NCBI RefSeq assembly: GCF_009914755.1
Contig: NC_060928.1
Length of the DNA stretch: 64,000 nucleotides
Source of the DNA: the human T2T-CHM13v2.0 reference genome, Homo sapiens
Direction: 5' to 3' (one strand)
Numbering within the stretch: the stretch's first letter is position 1; each line of letters begins with the position of its first letter. The notes under the pieces are model-generated. The model saw only the letters and a list, made by a program, of their open reading frames with translations. It had not been told where the DNA came from and did no database searches. Shown here piece by piece: positions 52,424-64,000 of this stretch. Made by a program: the position numbers and the translations under genes.

Positions 52424-54080
52424 GTGTGTCTTAGATTAGGCTCCCTGGAAACAGACTCCGAGATGGAGATTTGGGTGTGAGGTTTCTTGAGGAGAGCGCT
52501 TGGGATGCCTGTACAGGAGCGAGGGGTGCAAGGTGGGGCAGACAAAGTTGAACTGCACGAACAAGAGAGGCCTCAGGTGATCTCAGTGGGAAAGCGAAAG
52601 CTGGGATGGCCCTTCAGGTATGGCCCACATTGAAGCAAGGAGGGAGTAGGTCTTGGTACCTGCCACATTGACCAGTCATTGGAAATGGGTGGCTTCCAGA
52701 GAGAGGACAAGGTAGCTCCTTTCACAGGAGGGCAACCCCTTTGGAGGGACTCACCTGGGAGCTGGGAAGAGCTCATACTCTCCTTCCCCAGCTGGAGAAG
52801 CGAGTGTATAGGTCCTGATGGCATTTGGGCTGCACACCACACAGAGTAGAGACGATGCTCTGTTCTAACCCAGACTGTGAAATGCCACTCTGAAATTCTA
52901 GGTTCTCCAATTTTCTTGAGCATCAGAATCATGTGAGAAGTTTGTGTTAGGTGCAGATTCTTAGATCCAGTCTCCTGGAGATTGATTCAGAGGTCTGTGT
53001 TTGAACCAAAGAATCTTCATTTTTAATGCATTATCTTCAGCTATTCTGATGGTGGAGTCTGCAGAAAACACCATGGGAAACAAGTCCTGTGGTATGCAGA
53101 ATTAAGAAGCCACCAAGATTTCTCACCTGTGGTGCACAAGACCTGCATAATCCCAGGACTGTGAATTTGGTGGATTTTACTCCCATGATTAGATTATGTT
53201 ATAAGCATAGTTCCTCTTAAAATAGGGAGATTATCCCAGCAAGCCTGGAGCCTGACCTAATCACATGAACTCTTCCTCCCCCCTCCCTCCCTCCCTTCCT
53301 TCCTTCCTTCTTTCCTTCTTTCCTTCCTTCCTTCTCTCTCTTTCTCTCTCTCTTCTTTCTTTTCTTTCCTTCTTTCTTTCTTTTCTTTCCTTTCTTTCCT
53401 CTCTCCTTCCCTCCCTCCCTTCCTTCTCTTTTTCTCTCTCTTTTTCTTTCTTGCTTTCTTTCTCTCTCTCTCCCTTCCTTCCTTCCTTCTCTTTCCCTCC
53501 CTCCCTCCCTCCTTCCTTCCTTTTTTTTTTTTTTTTGTAGAAATGGGGGTCTGGCTGTGTGGCCCAGGCTCGTCTCGAACTCCTGGGCTCAAGTGATCCT
53601 CCTGCCTTGGCCTCTCAAACTGCTGGAATTACAGGTGTGATTCACTGTACCCAGCACATGAACTCTTTAAGAGGAGAGAGTTTTCTTTGACTGATGGCAG
53701 AAGAAGAGATCAGAGGTTAGAAGTACAAGGAGGATTCGATGTGCTGTTGCTGGCTTGAAGATGAAGGGATGACAAGGAACTTGAGCAGTCTTTAGGAATG
53801 GAGAGTGGCACCTGCCTGGCAGACAGCAAAGAAATGGGGACCTCAGGCTACAGCTGCAAGGAACTGGATTCTACCAATGGCAAGAATGATCTTGGAAATG
53901 AATTTTCCTCAGTGTCAGCCCAGCGGATACCTTGATTTCACCATTGGGATATCAGAGCAGAGAGCCCAGCCACTCTGTGCTGGACATGTGATGGACAGAA
54001 CTGCAAGCTAATAAATGGGTGTTGTTTTAAGCCACTACATTTGTGGCATTTGTCATGCATCGGTAGAAAATTAATAGAAA
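52424..54080. mobile_element. Old MLT1 LTRs (52424-52845, 53088-54080), MER5-like piece (52900-53080), pyrimidine microsatellite 53270-53520 and Alu monomer
   Basis: MLT1 end motifs (gtgttgttttaagccactacatttgtgg); MER5 motifs (catcagaatca, gcagattc). Confidence 0.7.
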
Positions 54081-54419
54081 AACCATTGTGTTAAGCACAT
54101 GTTGGAGACAGAAGAGAGAAGAAATAAAGAGATTCAGTTCTGCCACTAGTTGGTCCAGGTGAGAGCAGACAGCAGAGGGAGCTCCCTCTCAGGTTCTCCC
54201 TGGTCATGGAGATGATGTGCCCACCCCACCTCCCTCATGGATTTGTTGGGAGATTCAAATGAGGTATAAACATAAGACAGGAAGAACAGAATCTTTATGA
54301 AAATATGAGTTCAGGGACTTTTATAAGATTCTTCTCAGGCATTCTTCTAAATAGAATATATGGGTTTTTGAATGAGAAATTTATTGTACATCCAAAGATA
54401 TACAGAAAGAACTTTTCTT

Positions 54420-54709
54420 AAAATATATATACACATAAATATATATAAATATATATAAAAATATATATAAATATACATATAAATATATATAAATATACAT
54501 ATAAATATATATAAATATATATAGAAATATATAAAAATATATATAAAAATATATATAAATATATATAAATATATATATAAATAATATATAAATATATATA
54601 AATATATAAAAAATATATAAATATATATAAATAATATATATATAAATATATATAAATAATATATATATAAATATATATAAATAATATATATATAAATATA
54701 TATATATAT
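54420..54709. repeat. AT-rich (ATATATAA-type) low-complexity tract adjoining an Alu piece (54710-54866, minus)
   Basis: About 290 bp of almost only A/T. Confidence 0.95.
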
Positions 54710-56220
54710 TCTGTTTTAGAGACAAGATCTCCCTATGTCATCCAGGCTGGAGTGCTGTGACATGATCATAGCTCAACTGCAGCTTGAAATTCCTGAACTC
54801 AAGGGATCTCCCTCCTCTGCCTCCCAAAATGCTGGGATTACAGGCATGAGCCACGGCGCCAAGCCCAGAAAGTACTTCTCTATGGCAGTATTAAAACAAA
54901 CAGAGCACCACCCTACACACTGGGGCTTGCTGCCAAGTGCCCACAGACCATGGCTGGGCAATGAGGATGGATTCAATGTAGGCCTCGAGCCTGAGGCGAC
55001 TCCCCCTTTCTCCTTGTGAGCCTGGATCAATGGGACAAAGGGAGTGGACAACAGGGAGTGGAATCTAATGTATGAGTCAGAATCTAGTCAGGAAAGCAGA
55101 AACCACATTGGCTACTACAACAGACAGAAGATAATGTGAGAAATCGGTGTTGGAGGGCTAAAGGAGCAAAGGGAACACCGGTGTGAACAGAGAAATAACC
55201 ACAAGAAGTAGCTACCGCTCCATAGGGCTGCGGGAACAAAAGGAAGTTGCTGGGATTATTTTAATCTAGAAATTTCGAGGAGGAGCCTCTTGGAGCTGGG
55301 ATGCAGATCCCTGAGGAGGAAGCCATATCCGGGTGGTGCTGGCACCACTGCGAGGGTAAAATGAGGCTGGCTCCGGGTATGTTGACAAAAGCTGGAGTCT
55401 GCAACAAGTGTCCTGCTAATCTTGCAGCCTCTCTAGTGCCCCCTATTGGCAGGACCGAATAGGGTAGCAAGCAGGCCAAAGAACAGATTTTTTTTTTTTT
55501 TTTTTTTGGCCAAGTTCAGCCAGAGTATCGCAAAGCAGTTTATGCAAGGCAGGTTTGGAGCTGAGAAACAGTACCTTAATAACCAGCACAGGTGGTTTCC
55601 AGTGCAAACCAGAGAAACCCAAGCTCATTTGAAGGGCTCTAACAGTGGCAGGAAATGGGAGGTGGGAGGGCTGGCTTATTTTGAACTCCCTCTTTGCTAT
55701 ACAAAAGATCTAAGATCTCAAGGCATCTGAAAGGCAGCTTTCTCACAATAGTAACCCTGGGGTGGAGATAGAGAGGTGGGCGGTGGGGCTGGAGAATACC
55801 TGTTAGCATGTGTCATAAGAATCATATTCTCCGGCTGAGCTGGGCTCATGGTCTAAGCTTTTGCTTCTCTAGCAAGGGTACTTGTAAGGTACTTGGAAGG
55901 TGTTTAGGGAAAATATTTTCATATTAAATAGATGAGCAATTGTACCATCTTGGGTCTGTTCAGAGTACAGTGTTAATATGGAATGGAGTACAAAATTTAT
56001 TTTTAAAGATAATATTTCAGATGTCAAAGCAAATATATGTTTGCAGCTGGCCACTTAAATAATCTCCCATCCTTCCAGAGTCCTTGAAAAAGTTTGGGAA
56101 GCATTCCTAGTCACATTATCTATCACCTACATTTTAAAAAAATGCTCAGGGAGGGGTCTTTTTGTCAGGAAAGAACTATTTTTAGGATTTTCTTGTTTGT
56201 ACTTAAAATTAAAAATTTAA

Positions 56221-56538
<318 letters not shown>

Positions 56539-57533
56539 AAAACTTAGTTTTAAAGCCTTTATGTTAAATTTAGAAATCTTGTTAGACTTTTTATAAAGCG
56601 AACAAAACAGGAACAATCACCTTTAATTGGCCTCAGATTAATGTTGAGTAACTCAACGTTAACAGATTAAGTTCCCCTAAACATTGTTCCCACTTAAAAG
56701 ATTAATTAAATTTCCTTAAACATTTGAAACTACACTTATAAATACATTTAATTTTTGTAAGTGCTTCAAATGCCTGACAAGGAAAATTTATGACTTAACA
56801 AACAAAAACCTTTCTAAGTACTTAGATTAACTCTTGTACATTCAATAAATCACATTTATAAAATATAGTTACCCTTTGTTCTCTTAAATATTCAATGCTG
56901 TTTAAATATTTGTTCAAGATTACTTATGCTTTTCAACCTAAAATTAGAAGTCAAAGCCAATTACACCTTTCAAATGAAAGTCACCAAGCTAATCCATTGG
57001 ATTTTCTAATCTGCTATATTCTCAAAAACCTTTAATTAAACCTTTAGGTTGTCCTAATGATTATAGACCTGATTGCTAGAGAGAACATAAAGCTATTAGT
57101 TTTTTAAGCTTTTGATTTGCTTCTTCATCTCTATTCAATTCTAATCTTTTCCAGAGTTGAAAAGGCAGTTACACAATTACAGGGAGCAATTGTATCATCT
57201 TGGGTTGGTCCAGTGTACAGGGTTAACTGCTCCTGACTGTGACGTCTTTGGGATTCAGAACAGGGCCCAGACCTGACGGCTCCATGCTCCCTGTACCACG
57301 GATGATCATGTTGGACATTCTTATAACATTTGTGAAGATGGAGTTTTGCAAGTCTCTCCTGGGCTCCATTTAATAAATGTGTTTGCTGGCAAATTCAATT
57401 CTCTATTCTTTCATTTTCTCCTCTTGTCTGACATTTTAATGACTCCTCTTGTCTGAGTCTGGTCATAATTTAAAGACATTTTAATTTCTTATCTTCTGAT
57501 CTTCCAGCAGAGCATTATACTCTTGCTAGTAGA

Positions 57534-58351
57534 TGTGAAGGTTGATTATATAAATTGAATCATTCTTGTCATACCCAACTGTATTAGTCCATTTTCACAC
57601 TGCTATAAAGAAATATCCAAGACTAAGTAATTTATAAAGGAAGCAACTTTAATTGACTCACAGCTCCTCATGGCTGGGGAGGCCTTAGGAAACTTACAGT
57701 CATGGCAGAAGGGGAACCAGGCACCTTCTTCACATGGCGACAGGAGAGCAACAGCGAGTGAAGGGGGAAGAGCCCCTTATAAAACTATCAGATCTCATGA
57801 GAACTCTCTCACTATCACAAGAAGAGCATGAGGGAAACTGCCCCCCATGATCCAGTCATCTCCCACCAGGTCCCTCCCTTGACACGTGAGGTTTACAATT
57901 CAAGATGAGATTTGGGTGAGGACACAGAACCAAACCATATCACCAACTAAATCAGACTTGAGGGTCTGGGTGAAAAGTACTTGGGGCATAGAGTACCTGC
58001 TCCAAGATTTAAATTTTCCACAAGCCCAGCTGATGAAATGGCCTGCTGTAACCCTGTGATCAGTTTTACCTAGTAGCTGCCTAAACAAACTGCCATGACA
58101 GTAAGACTACTACTGTCACTCACCAGTCAGAGCTGGCCAGCTCCCAGAAGCTTCTTTAGTGTCAGTGAGAGTTTTTTCTTTCAAAACAATATGTTACAAT
58201 TGTCTTTCTAATAAAACTTCCAACCTTCTCTTTGTTCTTTGGACATACCGAAGACCACCTGGTCTGTGTGTCTGCCCTGAATTGTAATTGATGCTTCCCA
58301 ATAAATATTTTAGATTTAGAGATTTGTCTCTATATTTTATTTGACTCCAAC
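57534..58351 (+). mobile_element. ERV1 solo LTR (MER72-like) containing a THE1/MST LTR at 57580-57942
   Basis: tgtgaaggttgattat...tcattcttgtcatacccaac|MaLR LTR|ccaactaaatcagac with 5-bp TSD ccaac; AATAAA near the 3' end. Confidence 0.75.
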
Positions 58352-59443
58352 AAAGTGGATAGCAGATGGAGGTCCATGCGGGAGAAGATCTCCAATCCCT
58401 CCTTTGTGATACAATCTGCAGTACAAATAATCAATTTTTCCACAAGGCAAATGAGCCAATGCATTTGCTGGGGGAGCAGGGAGAAACATGAATCAGCATC
58501 TTTCTCCCACTCTCACTTTTCTTCCTGCAGGATATAAAATTTGTGCTAGCCAGAAGGGGGCAGAAGAGAATATGGGGCTTGGGCTCTAAAAAATGCCTCT
58601 TGATATATCCCAGGAGGGATAAAATAGATATGAAGTTGAACCTTGCTTCCATAACTTAAGAAAAGTGTGGCTGGGGAGAGGTTTCTAACCACCAAACCCT
58701 ATTTTCTCAACTTTAAAGTACCTAACTTGCAGGATAATTATCATCATTGAGATTACGTACATAAAACGGACAGCATTGGGCCTGGCATAGAGTTCATTAT
58801 AATTGCCAGTTTATCGATTGATCTATATAGTATAGTCTGCATCTATCTTGTTCCATGGTGCTATCCCTGCCACCAAGCACAGGGCTCAGCGCTGGGATTT
58901 GTTGAATGACTCTTCCTCTCCATGACAATATCTGGGCCACTGTTCGTCAGCTGCAAGAACTGTTGATGTTGGAGGGGGCTTATATCTGAATGATTTACCT
59001 GGGGCCATATATGGAGCATTGATGTTAAGTGGGTGTTGTGATCGTTTTGCATAATGTGTGTTTATGCTGTTGGATAGGAGGGTAAAGCCACAGTCATGGG
59101 TGTAAGGAGTGAGGTCATACCTGAAGGATGAGATTATTCATGGCATCATCAACTAGGCAAGGGGTCTGTATCCCAGAATTGCATGGAAAATGTGTAGGTT
59201 AGTAACATCAGGAAGATGTTCCTTTTCTGGTCTTCAGCAGAGAGACATGAGGATGACTAGGGGAGAGGTTATGAGAAGGATGTCTTTACAAGATACCCGT
59301 CATGTGGGGACAGGTTAAGAGCCAAGAAAAAAGAGGTCCCAGGCCTTTGGAGCCAGGATGTAGTTGTCTCAGATGGCAATTAGAATAAGATAGGGCTGGG
59401 ACTCAGAAAGTGGCTCCCTAGAGTTAGGAATCACATAAACTGA

Positions 59444-59666
59444 CCAGGGATTCTCAACCTCATCACTATTGACATAATTCTTTGTTGCAGGGCTCTGTTG
59501 TGAGCATTGTGGGAGGGCTAGCAGCAGCTCTGCTGTAGGTATTATAGTAGGGAGACATGGGATGCTCTACTCACTGGAGATCAGTAGTACTACCCAGTTG
59601 TTACAGCCAAAAATGTCTCCAGACATTGCCAAATGCCCCCTAAAGGAGCACTGGTTGAGAACTACT
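59444..59666 (+). mobile_element. MER20 DNA transposon
   Basis: cagggattctcaacc...aaaaatgtctccagacattgccaaatg...ggttgagaactac terminal inverted repeats. Confidence 0.85.
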
Positions 59667-60599
59667 TACCCAAACTATTTCTTATGTTGTCTATATTTAC
59701 TTCCTCTGTGTGCCCCTTGGCATTTTACAAAGTCTTTTTGAAACTTCTTTCCTGTCTTAAATGTGTTAAAGGGTAAGGAAATGTCTCTTGGATATGCATA
59801 AACCAGATCCTTAAAGAAAGAACAAGCAGGCCTTGGCAGCTGCTGGAGTTGGTGTCATAGGAATCAAAGTGGAAGAATCTTAAGGGAAAATGAAACTCAG
59901 AGCTGTTTCCCACCTAGAGATCTCTTCAAAGAGTTTGACACTTTAAGAAGGCATGGTAGTTTTGCTTATGTTGTTCTTCCTATGAGTTTTTGGATTTTTT
60001 CCCCCTATAAGGCAGGTGCATATCTAAGAAGTTCTGAATAAATGCCATATCCATTTATTGAGGCCTAATTAAGGACCTAATTAAAGGAGAGTTTCGTAGT
60101 GTTTAGCTGGTAAAAGTTTAACTGGGAAAGAAAATACAAAGGGTAAAATACAAAGGGTAAAGAGTAAAAATACCTAGGGTAAAAGCCCAAGAAATGGACA
60201 TGCAATATACTTTATGGTCTTCCCAGCTATATCAGAAATTAAGAGAGAATGACAGTGTAGTTTCCTAGGGCCCAAGCATCTGGAAATGTTTTCCCCTTGT
60301 TTTTATGGGCACCATGGTTGACTCACAAGCGACTCCCTCTCTTGGCATCTTTTACATGGAATGCTAGTTGCAACTTGTTGGCACAGATAAGACTTATGAA
60401 TCTTTCAATTTCCAACACTTTCCTTCCCTTGTCTTTTGAAATAATCTATCTAGTCACATATGCAACCCAATGGAACAACACAACACGGTGGCCTGCAAAG
60501 CAGTTGCAAAGTTTTGGAAAACTTTCCAGTGCAGGTATGTTTGCACGAGTGACAACCCAATAAATGTATGTTCCTAGGGCTAATTTCCATTTGTAAATG

Positions 60600-61290
60600 T
60601 GAGATACTGTAGGATAGGCAGGGCTGTTGCTAGGAGACTGTTCATATAAGTTCCAGAAACATGATTAAATGAGGCAAGGGGGTAGGCTAGACGCTAGATA
60701 GGGGAAGAGATCACTTTTGGGAACATACTCATTTTTGCAAGGAAGTGAAGTCAGGCATGAATGTAACTGTGATAATGCTTTAATACTTTGTAGATGGCCA
60801 AAGGCTATAGGAGGAAAGAGGAGGGAGAGACTATTTCTGGTCCAGAAATGTGTGGGATGGTTTCGTGGAGGAGAAGTCATCTGAGCTGAGTCCTGAAGTT
60901 TATGTAGGATTTTGACAGATGCAGATGGATGGATGTGGAAGGGTGCTATAGCAGGGAGGAATAGAATAATATGAGCAAAAGAACAGAGATGAGGAGTAGG
61001 GTATGTTCTGGGATTTAAGCATGGCTAGGGTTTAAGATATGTTAAAGGCAACAGTAGGAGATAAAGCTGGAAAGACACATAATAGATGTTCTATAAATAA
61101 ATAGCCACTACATAATAAAGGAAAGGTAGGCTGTAATCAAATTAAGAAGCTTTAAATGCCAAGTGAAGGGGTTTGAACTTTTATCTCTAAGCGATGTGGA
61201 GAAGTTGGCATTGACAATGTTTGATCAGCAAAGCAACATCAGATTTGTATTTTAGGAAGATTAATTTAGCAAAAGAAAGTAGCATGGATT
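60600..61290. mobile_element. Degenerate L2
   Basis: Purine-rich L2-like motifs (catctgagctgagtcctgaag, tttgaacttttatc, atcagatttgtattttagga). Confidence 0.6.
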
Positions 61291-62062
61291 CTAGCAGGGT
61301 TTCTAAAATATGTTAAGTGCAACACTGGTGGCATACAGGGTGATCTTACATGGGCAGTGCAGGCTGACCCCCAGGCAGGAAGAACCAACAGAGCCCTACT
61401 GCTTGTTCATGTTGCCTCCGCCATTCTGGGTTGTTAAATATTTCAAATATGACCACTAGGTATGCAGACACATTTTAAAATGTTGATAGTTATATTCCAA
61501 TGTGAATTTGAAAACTACTGTAGAAGCCAGGCACAGTGGTGTGTGCCAGTAGTCCCAGCTACACAGGAGGCTGAGACAGGAGGATTCCTTGAGTTGAGTT
61601 CAATCCAAGGACTCAAGGGTTTTTTAAAAGAATTTAAAAAGTTATATATTTAAAAAACTAATGTGAAAAAATCACTTCGTAATAGAAAATTTTCCTTTAA
61701 AATATTTATTTCAGAAGAAAAAGTTAGCTAATTTAGCAAAAAAAATTAAGAGAATAGGTGGATAAGAAAAACCCCGAAGCGGGCGTGTAAATGACTAAAG
61801 CTTGGGAAACACTGGGTCAGAAGGACAAGAGAGTAGGGGACTGGTTATTGGTTAACAGCCATTTGATCCAGCTCTGTGCAGGCAGATCGAATAAGTTTGC
61901 AGTGCTCAGCTCACCCCAAACTTAATGTCTAGCCTTTTATCTTCACTGGTGCATGAAAACTTCAGTCAGAGGATTGGGGAGCAACATGGAGAAAACTTGT
62001 AGGACCAGAGAAGTCCCAAAATATCATGACAGGCCTTTTTATTGTGGGAAGACAAATGCTAC

Positions 62063-62459
62063 TGTTACCAGTTGAGGTTGTCGAGGTTCTTGGCATCTCG
62101 AACAAAGAACTGGACAAAGTGCACAAACAAAACAAGGAAAGAATGAAACAACAAAAGCAGAGATTTATTGAAAATGAAAGCATACTCCACAGGGTGGGGG
62201 CGGGCCTGAACATAGGGGCTCAAGAGCCTTGTTACAGAATTTTTTGCGGTTTAAATAACCTCTAGAGGTTTCCATCGGTTACTTGGTGTATGCCCTATGT
62301 AAACGAAAAGGATGAAGTAAAGTTACAAAGTCATTTACTCAGCATAGGCCCTATGTAAATGGAGAGGATATTTCCTTTCGTACCTGAAATGTTTCCATTT
62401 GATTAAGTTCTAGGAAGTCCTTATATTCCCTGGTATCCAAACCCTATTCTCCTGTCTCA
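62063..62459 (-). mobile_element. MER51/MER61-family ERV1 solo LTR
   Basis: tgttacc...ggttcttggcatctcgaacaaagaa...gatttattgaaaatgaaag...accctattctcctgtctca. Confidence 0.8.
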
Positions 62460-63384
62460 TTATGATCCTCAGAGTGAATTTGTGGGGAAGGTAGGAAGCT
62501 AGGAAAAATAGTCTTTAGTCTCTTCTTTCCCGGGGTAACTGCTCACCCGGGAAACCATAACCCAAATGTGGTTGGAGGTCATACGGGCTTGTATGTACAT
62601 AGACTACTTCTCCAAGCACACACAAGAAGCCTGTAACTGTGTTTGCCTCTGGGGCAGGGACAGTCATGGGAGAGAATTTTTTTTTAAACTGCGTATTGAT
62701 TTATACCTTTCATATTCTTTACTATATGCTTGTATTTCCTGTTTGAAATATAATTTTTTAAAAATGTAAATTAAAGTACCACAGGCTCATATAAAAAAGT
62801 TTCTTAAAGCCTGTAATTCTACTTCTGTTCATATTTTGAGCATTTCCTTCTAGTCTTTTCTCTACTTATACATGCATATATTTGATGAAGTGGAGATTAT
62901 ACTTTGTAAATAGTTTTGTACCTTCTTTGACCATTATGGTATAATAATATCTTGAGTGTTTTCCCATATTACATGTATTCCAAATTCCCTCAAATATTTT
63001 TTCCATTTGGAGGGATGTGCCATAATTTAATCATTCCTAATATTGAACTTTTAGGTTGTGCCCAGTATTTTGGACAGCTGGTAACGTTGTTAGAAATACC
63101 CTCTTTATTAATAAAGGTATTTCTGTGGTGCCTTTTGTCATCTCCTGTACTGTTTAACTCTTGTATTATTTACCATTTTGCATGTGAATGAATTATCCAT
63201 TATCAAAGCAGATTGTAAACTCCTTGAGAAAAGAAGTCATACTTACACCAATTGTTTTTTTAAAGACCATCTAATGATCACTAAAGATCACCTAACAGTT
63301 CAATTAAAAACAAACAAATACAAACTAGTGAACAAATCTCCATAGACTTTAAGCACGGTTTCTCAAGCAAAAAGGAAAAAAATC

Positions 63385-63712
63385 AGCCAGGGGCAGTGGT
63401 GCATGCCTGTAATCTCTGCACTTTGGGAAACCAAGGCAGGAGGATCACTTGAGCCTAGGAGTTCAAGACCAGCCTGGGAAACATGGTAAAATACCATCTG
63501 TACCATAAAAAAAAAAAAAAAAAGAAATGCAAAACTAATGGTCTGGCGTGGTGTCATGCATTTGTAGTTCCACCTGCTAGAGAGGCTGAGGTGGAAGGAT
63601 CATTTGAGCCTGGGGAGGTCGAGGCTGTAGTGGGCCATAATCGCGCCACTATACTCCAGCCTGGGTGACAGAGCGAGACACTCTCTCAAATACAAACAAA
63701 AAAACAAAAAAA
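63385..63712 (+). mobile_element. AluJ
   Basis: Diverged dimeric Alu with A-rich tail. Confidence 0.9.
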
Positions 63713-64000
63713 GGAAATAGTTTTTTAAAAAGCACAGTCCCTACTTATTTTTTCATTTAAAAAATGATGCTACATTTCTTTTTTTAAATTATACTTTAAG
63801 TAATTAAAGTAGATTACTTATAATCTTACCCCTATATTTGTTTAGATTGACACTTTATTGTGTATCTAATTTTTAATACATATTTCTTTATTTAAAATAA
63901 AATGCAGATCATTCAGTACAAACTATTCATAACTTGTTCTTTTTACATGCAAGGAAACATTCCTTAATATCCTTACATATTTTAAGACTCTCATTTATAA

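Overview
Primate (human-like) repeat-rich genomic DNA. The left 17.4 kb holds the 5' part of OCIAD2 on the minus strand: a CpG-island promoter, non-coding exon 1 and coding exons 2-6. The last exon lies left of the window. The rest is intergenic and dominated by Alu, L1, L2, MIR, MaLR/ERV LTRs and DNA transposons. Five items stand out. (1) A chain of plus-strand exon-like blocks (about 25.9-51.5 kb) with canonical splice sites and a recurring S-x-hydrophobic-x-x-G-D...[ST]...F/Y peptide motif, broken by stops and frameshifts: a candidate unitary (lost-gene) pseudogene of a SAXO/TEX45-like repeat protein (inference only). (2) A MER41B LTR with both tandem STAT GAS motifs intact about 1.1 kb upstream of OCIAD2 exon 1. 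(3) A retrocopy that starts at the 5' end of SNORA70 and runs through retained intron and spliced RPL10 exons to an A-rich tail. (4) A U6 chimeric retrocopy inside an LTR41. (5) Retrotransposition and repair scars: a twin-primed L1 with a 3' transduction, a near full-length L1PA3 lacking both its ZNF93-bound segment and its YY1 site, and a 111-bp local templated duplication next to two perfect hairpins. Repeat subfamily names come from recalled consensus sequences and their boundaries are approximate.
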